A stretch of DNA of 64,000 nucleotides. Source: Chloroflexota bacterium (GTDB lineage Bacteria; Chloroflexota; UBA11872). This document shows, piece by piece, positions 56,453 to 64,000 of the stretch (the first letter of the stretch is position 1; every line of letters begins with the position of its first letter). The notes beneath the pieces are model-generated. The model searched no databases and was not told the DNA's origin. It was given only the letters and a program-made list of their open reading frames with translations. Both the position numbers and the translations under genes were made by a program. The stretch spans positions 826,129 to 890,128 of the forward strand of contig CBDBOH010000003.1 in the NCBI GenBank assembly GCA_965208215.1, given 5' to 3'.

Positions 56453-59104
56453 ATGACCACCGACTTCCGCCCCACCGAAATCGATCCCAAGTGGCGCGCC
56501 CGCTGGGCTGAGCAGGACCTGTACCGCACGCCCGAGCCGTCCGACCGCCCCACCTTCTATTGCCTCGACTTCTTTCCCTATCCCTCGGGCGACGGCCTCA
56601 GCGTCGGTCACCTGCGCAACTACGTGCCGACGGACGTGATCTCCCGCGTCATGCGCATGCGCGGCTACGACGTGCTGCATCCCATGGGCTGGGACGCCTT
56701 TGGCCTGCCCACCGAGAACGCCGCCATCGAGACCGGCCGCCACCCGGCCGACCTGACCCGCGAGTGGAGCGCCAACTACAAGCGGCAACTGAACCTGGCC
56801 GGCGGGTCGTTTGACTGGAATCGCGAGATCAACTCCACCCACCCCGAGTACTACCGCTGGACCCAGTGGATGTTCCTGAAGCTCTTCGAGCGCGGCCTGG
56901 CCTATCGGGCCTCCGGCTTGCAGTGGTGGTGCCCCATTTGCGGCGCCCTGGCCAACGAGGAAGTCAACGCCGACGGCACCTGCTGGCGCGACCACCCCGA
57001 CGTCACCCAGCGCGAGCTGACCCAGTGGTTCTTCAAGATCACCGACTACGCCGACCAGCTGATCGAGGACCTGGAAGGCCTGGACTGGCCTGACGAAACC
57101 CGCGCGGCCCAGGTCAACTGGATCGGCCGCAGCGAGGGCGCCGACGTGACCTTCACGGCCGAGACCGGCGACGAAATCCCGGTCTTCACGACCCGACCCG
57201 ACACTCTGTTCGGCGCCACATTCATGGTGCTGGCGCCCGAGCACCCGCTGGTCGCCCGCGTCACCACGCCGAACCGTGCCGACGAGGTGCAGGCCTACGT
57301 GGCCGCCGCCGCCCGCAAGGCCGAGCTGGACCGCGTGGCGCTGGACGACGACAAGACCGGCGTCTTCACCGGCGGCTACGCCATCAACCCCGTCAACAGC
57401 GAGCGCCTGCCCATCTGGATCGCCGACTACGTCCTGATGTCCTACGGCTCCGGCGCCATCATGGCCGTGCCGGCGCACGACGAGCGCGACTTCGACTTCG
57501 CCACCCGCTACGGCATCGAAATCCGCACCGTCATCGCCCCGCCCGACTGGGACGGCCAGCCCCTGACCGAGGCCTTCGTCGGCGACGGCCCCATGGTCAA
57601 CTCCGGCCAATTCGACGGCCTGTCAGTCAAGGACGGCGTGCGCGCCGTCACGGAGTGGCTGCGCGACCGGGGCAGTGGCGACTTTGCCGTCAACTACAAG
57701 CTGCGCGACTGGCTGATTTCGCGTCAGCGCTACTGGGGCACCCCCATCCCCATCGTCCACTGCCACGCCTGCGGCGAGGTCCCGGTGCCCGAGGACGAGC
57801 TGCCGGTCCTGCTGCCCCACGTCGAGCAGATCGACCCGCAGCAGTTGGGCGGACGCTCGCCCCTGGACGCCGTCGACTACTGGGTCAACATCCCCTGTCC
57901 CACCTGCGGCAAGCCCGGGCGGCGCGAGACCGACACCCTGGGCGGCTTTGCCTGCTCCAGCTGGTACTTCCTGCGATTTTGCAGCCCCGACCAGCATGAA
58001 CAAGCCTTCGATCCCGACACCGTCAACCGCTGGATGCCCGTGGACCTTTACGTCGGCGGCGCCGAGCACAGCGTCATGCACCTGCTCTACGCCCGCTTCT
58101 GGACCAAGGCCATGCGCGACGCGGGGATCCTGGACCTGACCGAGCCGTTCCACGCCCTGCGCCACCAGGGCCTCATGCTGGCCCAGCCCGGCTGGGTGGA
58201 CGAGTCCATCCTGCGGGTCGACAGCCAGGGCCGCGCCCGCGTTGATGCGCCCGACGGCGCTGACGCCTACGACAGCCCCGAGGCCGCCCAACCCTTCCGC
58301 CGCTACCCCCTGGAAGCCCGCTTCGAGCTCACCGGTCAGCGCGCCCAGCGCAACGGCCAGGCGCTGGTCGAGTTCCGCGCCACGGGGATGTCCAAGTCAT
58401 GGCGCAACGTGGTGACGCCCGACGAAGTGGCCGCCAGCGCCGGCGGCGATGCCCTGCGCTGTTACATCCTCTTCATGGGACCGTTCGACCGCACCCTGCC
58501 CTGGAGCGATCAGGGCCTGGCCGGCGTCTCCCGCTGGCTGAACCGCGTGTGGAACCTGGTCCTGGATCTTGAGATGGGCGGCACCCGCCGCCGTCGCGCC
58601 GATTACGCCGACGTCCAGGTCGAGCTGCAGCGCCAACTTCACCAGACCATCCGCCGCGTCAGCAACGACATCGACGCGCTCAAGTTCAACACCATGATCG
58701 CCGCGCTGATGGAGTTCACCAACTTCCTGATCGAAGTCGGCGACGACGACCTGCGCGCCACCCCTGCCTGGAAGGAGACCATCGACACCTTCCTGGTCCT
58801 GCTGGCCCCCTGCGCCGTATTCATGGCCGAGGAACTGTGGGAGCGCATCGGTCACACCGAGAGCATCCACCTCCAGCCCTGGCCCGCCTGGGACGAAGCC
58901 CTGGCCGCCGACGAGACCTTCACCCTGGTCGTCCAGGTCAACGGCCGCGTCCGCGACCGCATCGAGGCCACCGTCACCACCGACGAAGCCGCCGCCCAGG
59001 AATTGGCCCTGGCCAGCCCCCGCGTCCAGGCCCACACCGACGGCAAACAGGTCCGCAAGGTCATCTACCGCGAAGGCCGCCTCATCAACCTCGTCGTCGG
59101 CTAA
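56453..59104 (+). CDS. leuS: leucine--tRNA ligase
   Basis: HIGH-type motif (PYPSGDGLSVGHLRNY), CP1 editing domain, KMSKS (GMSKSWRN), 883 aa. Confidence 0.95.
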   Translation: MTTDFRPTEIDPKWRARWAEQDLYRTPEPSDRPTFYCLDFFPYPSGDGLSVGHLRNYVPTDVISRVMRMRGYDVLHPMGWDAFGLPTENAAIETGRHPADLTREWSANYKRQLNLAGGSFDWNREINSTHPEYYRWTQWMFLKLFERGLAYRASGLQWWCPICGALANEEVNADGTCWRDHPDVTQRELTQWFFKITDYADQLIEDLEGLDWPDETRAAQVNWIGRSEGADVTFTAETGDEIPVFTTRPDTLFGATFMVLAPEHPLVARVTTPNRADEVQAYVAAAARKAELDRVALDDDKTGVFTGGYAINPVNSERLPIWIADYVLMSYGSGAIMAVPAHDERDFDFATRYGIEIRTVIAPPDWDGQPLTEAFVGDGPMVNSGQFDGLSVKDGVRAVTEWLRDRGSGDFAVNYKLRDWLISRQRYWGTPIPIVHCHACGEVPVPEDELPVLLPHVEQIDPQQLGGRSPLDAVDYWVNIPCPTCGKPGRRETDTLGGFACSSWYFLRFCSPDQHEQAFDPDTVNRWMPVDLYVGGAEHSVMHLLYARFWTKAMRDAGILDLTEPFHALRHQGLMLAQPGWVDESILRVDSQGRARVDAPDGADAYDSPEAAQPFRRYPLEARFELTGQRAQRNGQALVEFRATGMSKSWRNVVTPDEVAASAGGDALRCYILFMGPFDRTLPWSDQGLAGVSRWLNRVWNLVLDLEMGGTRRRRADYADVQVELQRQLHQTIRRVSNDIDALKFNTMIAALMEFTNFLIEVGDDDLRATPAWKETIDTFLVLLAPCAVFMAEELWERIGHTESIHLQPWPAWDEALAADETFTLVVQVNGRVRDRIEATVTTDEAAAQELALASPRVQAHTDGKQVRKVIYREGRLINLVVG

Positions 59105-59147
59105 CCGCCTCTGGTCCTGGGTCCGTCGAGCCGGGTTCGTTGACCGG

Positions 59148-59501
59148 CTAGTCCAGCCAGTGCTCGCCTGAGATCGCGTCTCGCGTGGTGAGCAGGGCAT
59201 CCAGTGCCGTCACGAGCCGCCCGGCCGTCCGCCGACTGGCTCGCGGATAGGCCCGGTTGCTCATAAAGATCAGCGCCGGATACGGGCGCCCGGCCCGCAT
59301 GGCGTCGCTCGCCAGCGGTCGATAGTCGACGACGTTCTCGGTCACGATCACCCAGCCTTCCGCCAGGGCTGCATTCAAGATTGCCGTGTCCGGCATCCCT
59401 CGAAGATCGTGCCGCTCGGCCACGGCTACGACGTCGTGGCCCCGATCCCGCAGCGCCGCGGCGATCGCGGGCGCCCACATCTCATCGAGCAACAGCTTCA
59501 C
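59148..59501 (-). CDS. DUF5615-family PIN-like putative toxin
   Basis: MKLLLDEMWAPAIAAALRDRGHDVVAVAERHDLRGMPDTAILNAALAEGWVIVTEN matches the DUF5615 N-terminal pattern (MKFLLDENLP...GHDV...D.EIL..A..E.R.LVT.D). It overlaps its upstream partner by 4 nt. Confidence 0.6.
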   Translation of the reverse strand: MKLLLDEMWAPAIAAALRDRGHDVVAVAERHDLRGMPDTAILNAALAEGWVIVTENVVDYRPLASDAMRAGRPYPALIFMSNRAYPRASRRTAGRLVTALDALLTTRDAISGEHWLD

Positions 59502-59920
59502 CGGCCCAGTAGCGCTTGCTCCCGCCGCCAGCGGGCCTCCACCCGCTCAGCTTCTTCCTCGACCCGCCGAATCCAGTCGCCGATTTCCTCGGTGTAATCG
59601 GCGTAGTACCGCAGGGCAACTCCCACCTGGTCAACGGTCAGTCCTGTCCGCTCGCCGACCTTTGCGAGGCTGTCGGAAGCGCCGCCACCCGCGCCGCGTA
59701 GCGCCCCAACCACTTCCCAGACGTCGGGACCGCCAATCAACCCGGCGCGTCGCCCACCCGGACCAGACCGGAAGACAATGCCCGGATGCTGCTCCATGCG
59801 CAGCCCCTCCTCCAGCAACTGCTTGGCCAGCGCCGACCGCGACTGCCCGCTCCTCCGGCTCTGCGCCGCCAACTGCTCGAACAGCTCGTCGCCCACCCGC
59901 ACCGAGAGATGCCGGCTCAT
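59498..59920 (-). CDS. ribbon-helix-helix plus DUF433 putative antitoxin
   Basis: N-terminal RHH-like MSRHLSVRVGDELFEQLAAQSRRSGQSRSALAKQLLEEGL, followed by the DUF433 core GIVFRSGPGGRRAGLIGGPDVWEVV. Confidence 0.6.
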   Translation of the reverse strand: MSRHLSVRVGDELFEQLAAQSRRSGQSRSALAKQLLEEGLRMEQHPGIVFRSGPGGRRAGLIGGPDVWEVVGALRGAGGGASDSLAKVGERTGLTVDQVGVALRYYADYTEEIGDWIRRVEEEAERVEARWRREQALLGR

Positions 59921-60099
59921 CGCGCTGGTCGCCCTGCTCGTATGCTCGTGTCACACACAGTAACACCAATCCCTCGCTTCCCTGGTATCTGGCCAGGCTG
60001 GGCGCCAACCTGACTCCGCGATCCGGAATTCACCTGCCTATAGGACTTCACAACATCTCTATGCTTAGGTGATTCGGGTCCGCACAGGAGGGATGCTCG

Positions 60100-62007
60100 A
60101 TGAAGACAAGGCTCGCGCTCCTGGTCGCGATGGTTGGACTCGTCCTCTCCTTCCAGCCCGCACTTGCCCAGGACTGCTCCTTCCAATTGGGCTTCAGGGC
60201 TCTGCACGACCTTATCCCGGACGTCGTTGGCGACTGCCTCGACGACGAGCAGCACAACCCGGCAACTGGGATAACCCAGCAGCTCACCACCAACGGCCAA
60301 CTCGCCTGGCGCAAAGGCGACAACTGGACCGGATTCAGCGACGGCGAGCTCACCTGGGTCAACGGTCCGCAGGGCTTGCAACAACGCCTCAACAGCGCGC
60401 GCCTTCCCTGGGAAACCGCGCTGCCGGCGCCCACGGCCACGCAGCGCCTGACGCTGGAACAGCTGCGCAACGCCGAATACCACCTGCCGCTCCGCGGCGA
60501 CGAGGACACCCCAATTCGACTCGTCGATGGCATGGGCACGCTTGTGTACGGCGAGGGTGCGACCGAACGTGAAACCGTAGGCCTCATCGACACCGCGGTC
60601 GCGTTTGGCGATCTGGACGGCGATGGCAACGCCGATGCGGCGGTCGTCGTCTACACCTCCGGCGGTGGCAGCGGCGCCTTCATCTACCTGGTAGCTGTCG
60701 TTGATCGGGACGGCGCGCCCTCGCAGGCGGCGCGCGCCTACCTGGGCGACCGGGTGCGGGTGGAGAGCCTGAGCATTTCCGATGGTCAAGTCCTCGCGCA
60801 GATCCTCGCGCACGGCCCCCAGGATGGGCTCTGCTGCCCGTCCGTGCGCACCACCAGCACGTTCACGCTAAACGGGGACCGGCTTGTGCAACAGCGCCTG
60901 ACCCTGCACCAGCTACGCAACGCCCAATACCGCCTGCCGCTCCACGGTGACGAGGACACACCCATTCAATTCACCGACGGCGAGGGACAGATCGCCTTTG
61001 GCGAGGGTGCGACCGAAAAGGTCCACGCGGGCATCGTCAACGACACCGTCGCCTTCGGCGACCTCGACGCAGATGGTATCGCCGACGCCGCGGTCGTCGT
61101 CTTCATCTCCGGCGGCGGTAGCGGCACGTTCGTCCACCTGGTCGCCATGCTGGATCGTGACGGAGCGCCGGAGCAGGCGGCTTGGGCGTTTCTGGGCGAC
61201 CGGGTGCCGGTGCGGGACCTGGCCGTTACCCGCGGCCAGATCGTCGCGCAGACGGTCACCCACCGCCCCGGCGACGGCCTCTGCTGCCCGACCCTGGAAG
61301 TTACGCGCACATTTGGGCTCGAAGGTGACCGGCTGGTCCCCCGCCAGGCGCTGGTCATCGAGTCCCCGCTGCCCGGCGAGATGGTCGCGAACGGGGTCGA
61401 GGTGCGGGGAACGACGACCGTGTATCCGTCCGCCGAGAATCTCGCCTACATCGTCTATGACGCCCGCGGCGGCGTGATCGGCATGGGCAGTCTTCCTGTC
61501 GACGGATATGCCGATCAACCCGGAACCTTCGCCGCGCCGGTCGAGTTCATCGCGGGCGCGGATGGACCCGGGCGGATCGAGATCATCGACGTGGATGCCG
61601 GCGACGGCTCGGCACTGGCCCGCATCGCTGTGTCCGTCACTCTGCAGTCCGCTCCCATCACGGACGGCCGAACCAGCCGCGAACCCACCCCCGATCTCGT
61701 CCTGGAAGCTCCCCTCAGCGGCGCCACGGTCGGCGCCTCGCTCGAACTGCGCGGACGCATCAGCGATCTCCCCTTCGAGAAGAACCTGACCTACCGCATC
61801 TACAACCAGGCTGGAACCGTCATCGACCGGAGTTGGATCTCGGTGGACGGTGACTACGGCGGCCCGGGCACGTTCACCAGGTCGATCGAAATCCCGGCCA
61901 CCACCGCCCCAGGACTCCTCCGCATCGAAGTCCGAGACGAGAGCGTGATCGACGGCGCCCTGATCGGCAGCACCTCGGTGGTGGTCTACTTCACCGGCGC
62001 TTCATAG
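60100..62007 (+). CDS. secreted protein with an internal 150-aa tandem duplication (FG-GAP/VCBS-like DLDGDG motifs, LCCP motif) and two C-terminal Gmad2 Ig-like domains
   Basis: Signal MKTRLALLVAMVGLVLSFQPALAQ. Repeat 1 is aa 115-264 and repeat 2 is aa 265-414 (QRLTL(E/H)QLRNA(E/Q)Y(H/R)LPL(R/H)GDEDTPI...GDGLCCP...). Two Gmad2-type units follow (ESPLPGEMVANGVEVRGTTTVY...IEIIDVDAGDGS and EAPLSGATVGASLELRGRISDL...LRIEVRDES). Confidence 0.6.
   Translation: MKTRLALLVAMVGLVLSFQPALAQDCSFQLGFRALHDLIPDVVGDCLDDEQHNPATGITQQLTTNGQLAWRKGDNWTGFSDGELTWVNGPQGLQQRLNSARLPWETALPAPTATQRLTLEQLRNAEYHLPLRGDEDTPIRLVDGMGTLVYGEGATERETVGLIDTAVAFGDLDGDGNADAAVVVYTSGGGSGAFIYLVAVVDRDGAPSQAARAYLGDRVRVESLSISDGQVLAQILAHGPQDGLCCPSVRTTSTFTLNGDRLVQQRLTLHQLRNAQYRLPLHGDEDTPIQFTDGEGQIAFGEGATEKVHAGIVNDTVAFGDLDADGIADAAVVVFISGGGSGTFVHLVAMLDRDGAPEQAAWAFLGDRVPVRDLAVTRGQIVAQTVTHRPGDGLCCPTLEVTRTFGLEGDRLVPRQALVIESPLPGEMVANGVEVRGTTTVYPSAENLAYIVYDARGGVIGMGSLPVDGYADQPGTFAAPVEFIAGADGPGRIEIIDVDAGDGSALARIAVSVTLQSAPITDGRTSREPTPDLVLEAPLSGATVGASLELRGRISDLPFEKNLTYRIYNQAGTVIDRSWISVDGDYGGPGTFTRSIEIPATTAPGLLRIEVRDESVIDGALIGSTSVVVYFTGAS
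60442..61341. repeat. 2 x 450-bp direct tandem duplication (coding; inside the 60100..62007 gene)
   Basis: 60442-60891 versus 60892-61341. Colinear at protein level at about 60-65% identity. Confidence 0.6.
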
Positions 62008-62122
62008 CCCGCTGCGGGCCAACCCCCGACTTCGACTGTTGTCCGGCTAGCATTGCCCACGCCGTTCGCGGCGTACCTGCAAGCTGTCGCTCCCCAATCC
62101 GGGGAGTGTCGGGTTGCGGAAC

Positions 62123-62803
62123 CTAGAGCGGCCCCAGTTCCACGTAATCCGTTGGGTCCTGCACACCCGCATCGATAAACCCCCGCCGCCGCTCCCCGCA
62201 CTTGCCGCACACCCCGCAGTGCCGGCCGTCAACTGGACTGGCACACGACAGGGCCTCCTCCACCGGCATGCCGACCCCGGCCCGCACCACGTCAGCCTTG
62301 TGCATGTCCCCCAGCGGCGTCAGCACCGTGAAGCTCGTGTCCATCGCCAGCCCCGCGGTACGCTCCAGGCTGCGCAGAAAGTCAGACGTGGCGTCGGGAA
62401 ACGGGTTGCTGGCCAGCAGTCCAATCGCCAGGTTCGGCGTCTCGTTCACCCCGCCGTACAGCGCCGCCGCCCCCAACAACAGCAGATTGCGTCCCGGCAG
62501 ATACCAGGCGTCGTCCGGCTGCTGCGCGTCGGGAACCTCCGAGCCGCCCACGCTCCAATGCGATCCGTAGAGGGCGCCGACATCCAGCTTCAGCTCCACG
62601 ATTGGCCGCACCGCCGGCGAGCCCAACGCGCCGAAAAACCGCGCCAGCGCCGCCAGTTCCGCGTCTTCCCAGCGCAGGCCCGCGCGCACGAACAGCGGCG
62701 TCACCTCCCCGTACTCGCGCGCCAGCAGGCCGCTCATGATGCAACTGTCCAGCCCGCTCACCAGCGCCGCCACGCGCGAGGTGGCCGGCGCCCGCTCAGC
62801 CAT
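62123..62803 (-). CDS. queC: 7-cyano-7-deazaguanine synthase
   Basis: Start around 62803 (MAERAPATSRVAALVSGLDSCIM = SGGxDS PP-loop). C-terminal Zn cysteines CASPVDGRHCGVCGKC. Confidence 0.85.
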   Translation of the reverse strand: MAERAPATSRVAALVSGLDSCIMSGLLAREYGEVTPLFVRAGLRWEDAELAALARFFGALGSPAVRPIVELKLDVGALYGSHWSVGGSEVPDAQQPDDAWYLPGRNLLLLGAAALYGGVNETPNLAIGLLASNPFPDATSDFLRSLERTAGLAMDTSFTVLTPLGDMHKADVVRAGVGMPVEEALSCASPVDGRHCGVCGKCGERRRGFIDAGVQDPTDYVELGPL

Positions 62804-62904
62804 CCATCCCCCGTGGCAATCGCTACATCCCGGCAACCCGTCGCAGCGTACGATGTAGCCACGAGGGTGGTCGGCCAGCGGCCGCCAATCGAAGGCAGGA
62901 GTTA

Positions 62905-63639
62905 ATGGACCTCCAGGGCGCAACCGTCGTCGTAACCGGCGGCGCTCGCCGCGTGGGACGCCACGTCGCCAGCCGGCTGGCCGAACGCGGCGCCAACATC
63001 GTCGTCAACTACCGCACCTCGGCCGACGAAGCTCGCGAGGCCGTGGAGGACTTCATCGCCCTCGGCGTCGGCTCGCTGGCCGTTCAGGCCGATGTCTCGA
63101 CCAAAGAGGGAGTCGAGCGCATCCGCGACGCTGCCATTGAACGCTTCGGCGGTGTCGACGTCCTTCTCAACAACGCCTCCATTTACTTCGAGACCCCGCT
63201 GGACGACCTCACCGAGGCCGACTTCGACCGCAATATCGCCGTCAACCTCAAGGGCCCCTATCTCGGCTGCTGGCTTTTTGGCCTGCACATGCGCCAGCGC
63301 GGCCGCGGCAAAATCATCAACATCGCCGACTGGGCGGTCGACCGCCCCTATGTCAGCTACGCCCCCTACTTCGTGGCCAAGGGCGGCATCGTCGCCCTCA
63401 CCCGCGTCTTCGCCAAGGAGCTGGCGCCCACCGTCATGGTCAACGCCATCGCCCCGGGCCCCATCCTCATGCCTGCCGACTTCAGCCAGGAAACCATCGA
63501 TGCCGTGGCCGCCGCCACCCCGCTCGGTCGCATCGGCCACCCCGAAGACATCGCCCAGACCGTCCTCTACCTCGTGGAGGCCACCGACTTCGTCACCGGC
63601 GCCGTCATCCCCGTTGACGGCGGCCGCACGGTCTCCTGA
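62905..63639 (+). CDS. FolM/pteridine-reductase-like SDR
   Basis: VVVTGGARRVGRHVASRL...IVVNYRTSADEA...NNASIY...YFVAKGGIVALTRVFAKELAPTVMVNAIAPG is colinear with E. coli FolM (ITGGGRRIG..., VIVSYRT, HNASAW, YAASKAALDNMTRSFARKLAPEVKVNSIAP) as I recall it. Confidence 0.65.
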   Translation: MDLQGATVVVTGGARRVGRHVASRLAERGANIVVNYRTSADEAREAVEDFIALGVGSLAVQADVSTKEGVERIRDAAIERFGGVDVLLNNASIYFETPLDDLTEADFDRNIAVNLKGPYLGCWLFGLHMRQRGRGKIINIADWAVDRPYVSYAPYFVAKGGIVALTRVFAKELAPTVMVNAIAPGPILMPADFSQETIDAVAAATPLGRIGHPEDIAQTVLYLVEATDFVTGAVIPVDGGRTVS

Positions 63640-63656
63640 CAGGAGCGATTCCAGTC

Positions 63657-64000
63657 ATGTACGAAATCGTCAAACACATCGACTTCTGCTTCGGCCACCG
63701 CCTCATTGACTACCAGGGCAAGTGCAACCAGCCCCACGGCCACAACGGCCGCGTCGAAATCCGTCTCGCCGCCGACACCCTCGACGAGATGGGCATGGTC
63801 GCCGACTTCCGCGACGTGCGCCGCAGCATCCAGGCCTGGATCGACGAGCACCTCGACCACCGCATGATCCTGCGCCGCGACGACCCGTTGGTGGAAGCCA
63901 TCGAGGCCCTCGGCCAGCACGCCTACCTCATCGACGACAACCCCACCACCGAAAACCTCGCCCGCCTCGTCTACGAGCAGACCCAGGCCCTCGGCTTTCC
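63657..64000 (+). CDS. queD: 6-carboxy-5,6,7,8-tetrahydropterin synthase (PTPS family), 3' end outside the window
   Basis: Not in the ORF track because no stop falls inside the window. ATG 63657 gives MYEIVKHIDFCFGHRLIDYQGKCNQPHGHNGRVEIRL..., with the Cx(3-5)HGH zinc-binding motif of QueD/PTPS. Confidence 0.75.
   Translation, partial: MYEIVKHIDFCFGHRLIDYQGKCNQPHGHNGRVEIRLAADTLDEMGMVADFRDVRRSIQAWIDEHLDHRMILRRDDPLVEAIEALGQHAYLIDDNPTTENLARLVYEQTQALGF

Overview
This is a high-GC (roughly 65-70%) bacterial chromosomal window. Gene order and protein signatures fit a Chloroflexi/Thermomicrobia-like or other high-GC monoderm genome; that placement is inference. Most of it is conserved housekeeping blocks: glnA; a ricT(yaaT)-holB operon; an opuA/proVWX-type glycine-betaine ABC transporter; rpsO-pnp-dapB-asd ... 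dapA-udg-rnj-ftsK; leuS; queC / folM-like SDR / queD. Between these sit accessory stretches. The most unusual region is about 34.4-53.4 kb, a putative carbohydrate/glycan-processing island assembled almost entirely from in-place paralog pairs: two HTH-less LacI-type ligand-binding-domain proteins, three related MFS transporters, two large secreted LGFP-like plus GH99/GH71-like TIM-barrel proteins, two Gfo/Idh/MocA oxidoreductases, and two orphan solute-binding lipoproteins. The island also contains a xylose-isomerase-like TIM-barrel gene, a DHDPS-like aldolase and an ABC-2 exporter. Other notable items are: an 11-residue-repeat (glycine-zipper-like) membrane protein heading the operon that ends in holB-ricT; a heptad-repeat coiled-coil gene next to a perfect 18-bp palindrome; a DUF433(RHH)/DUF5615 toxin-antitoxin-like pair; a low-GC lipoprotein islet; a secreted protein with a 150-aa tandem duplication and two Gmad2 domains; a terminator-like hairpin in the glnA leader; and Arg/Gly-rich tails on PNPase, RicT and a DUF3105 protein. 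I found no rRNA, tRNA, CRISPR array or transposase. The many long antisense ORFs in the six-frame track are GC-driven shadow ORFs and are not reported as genes.
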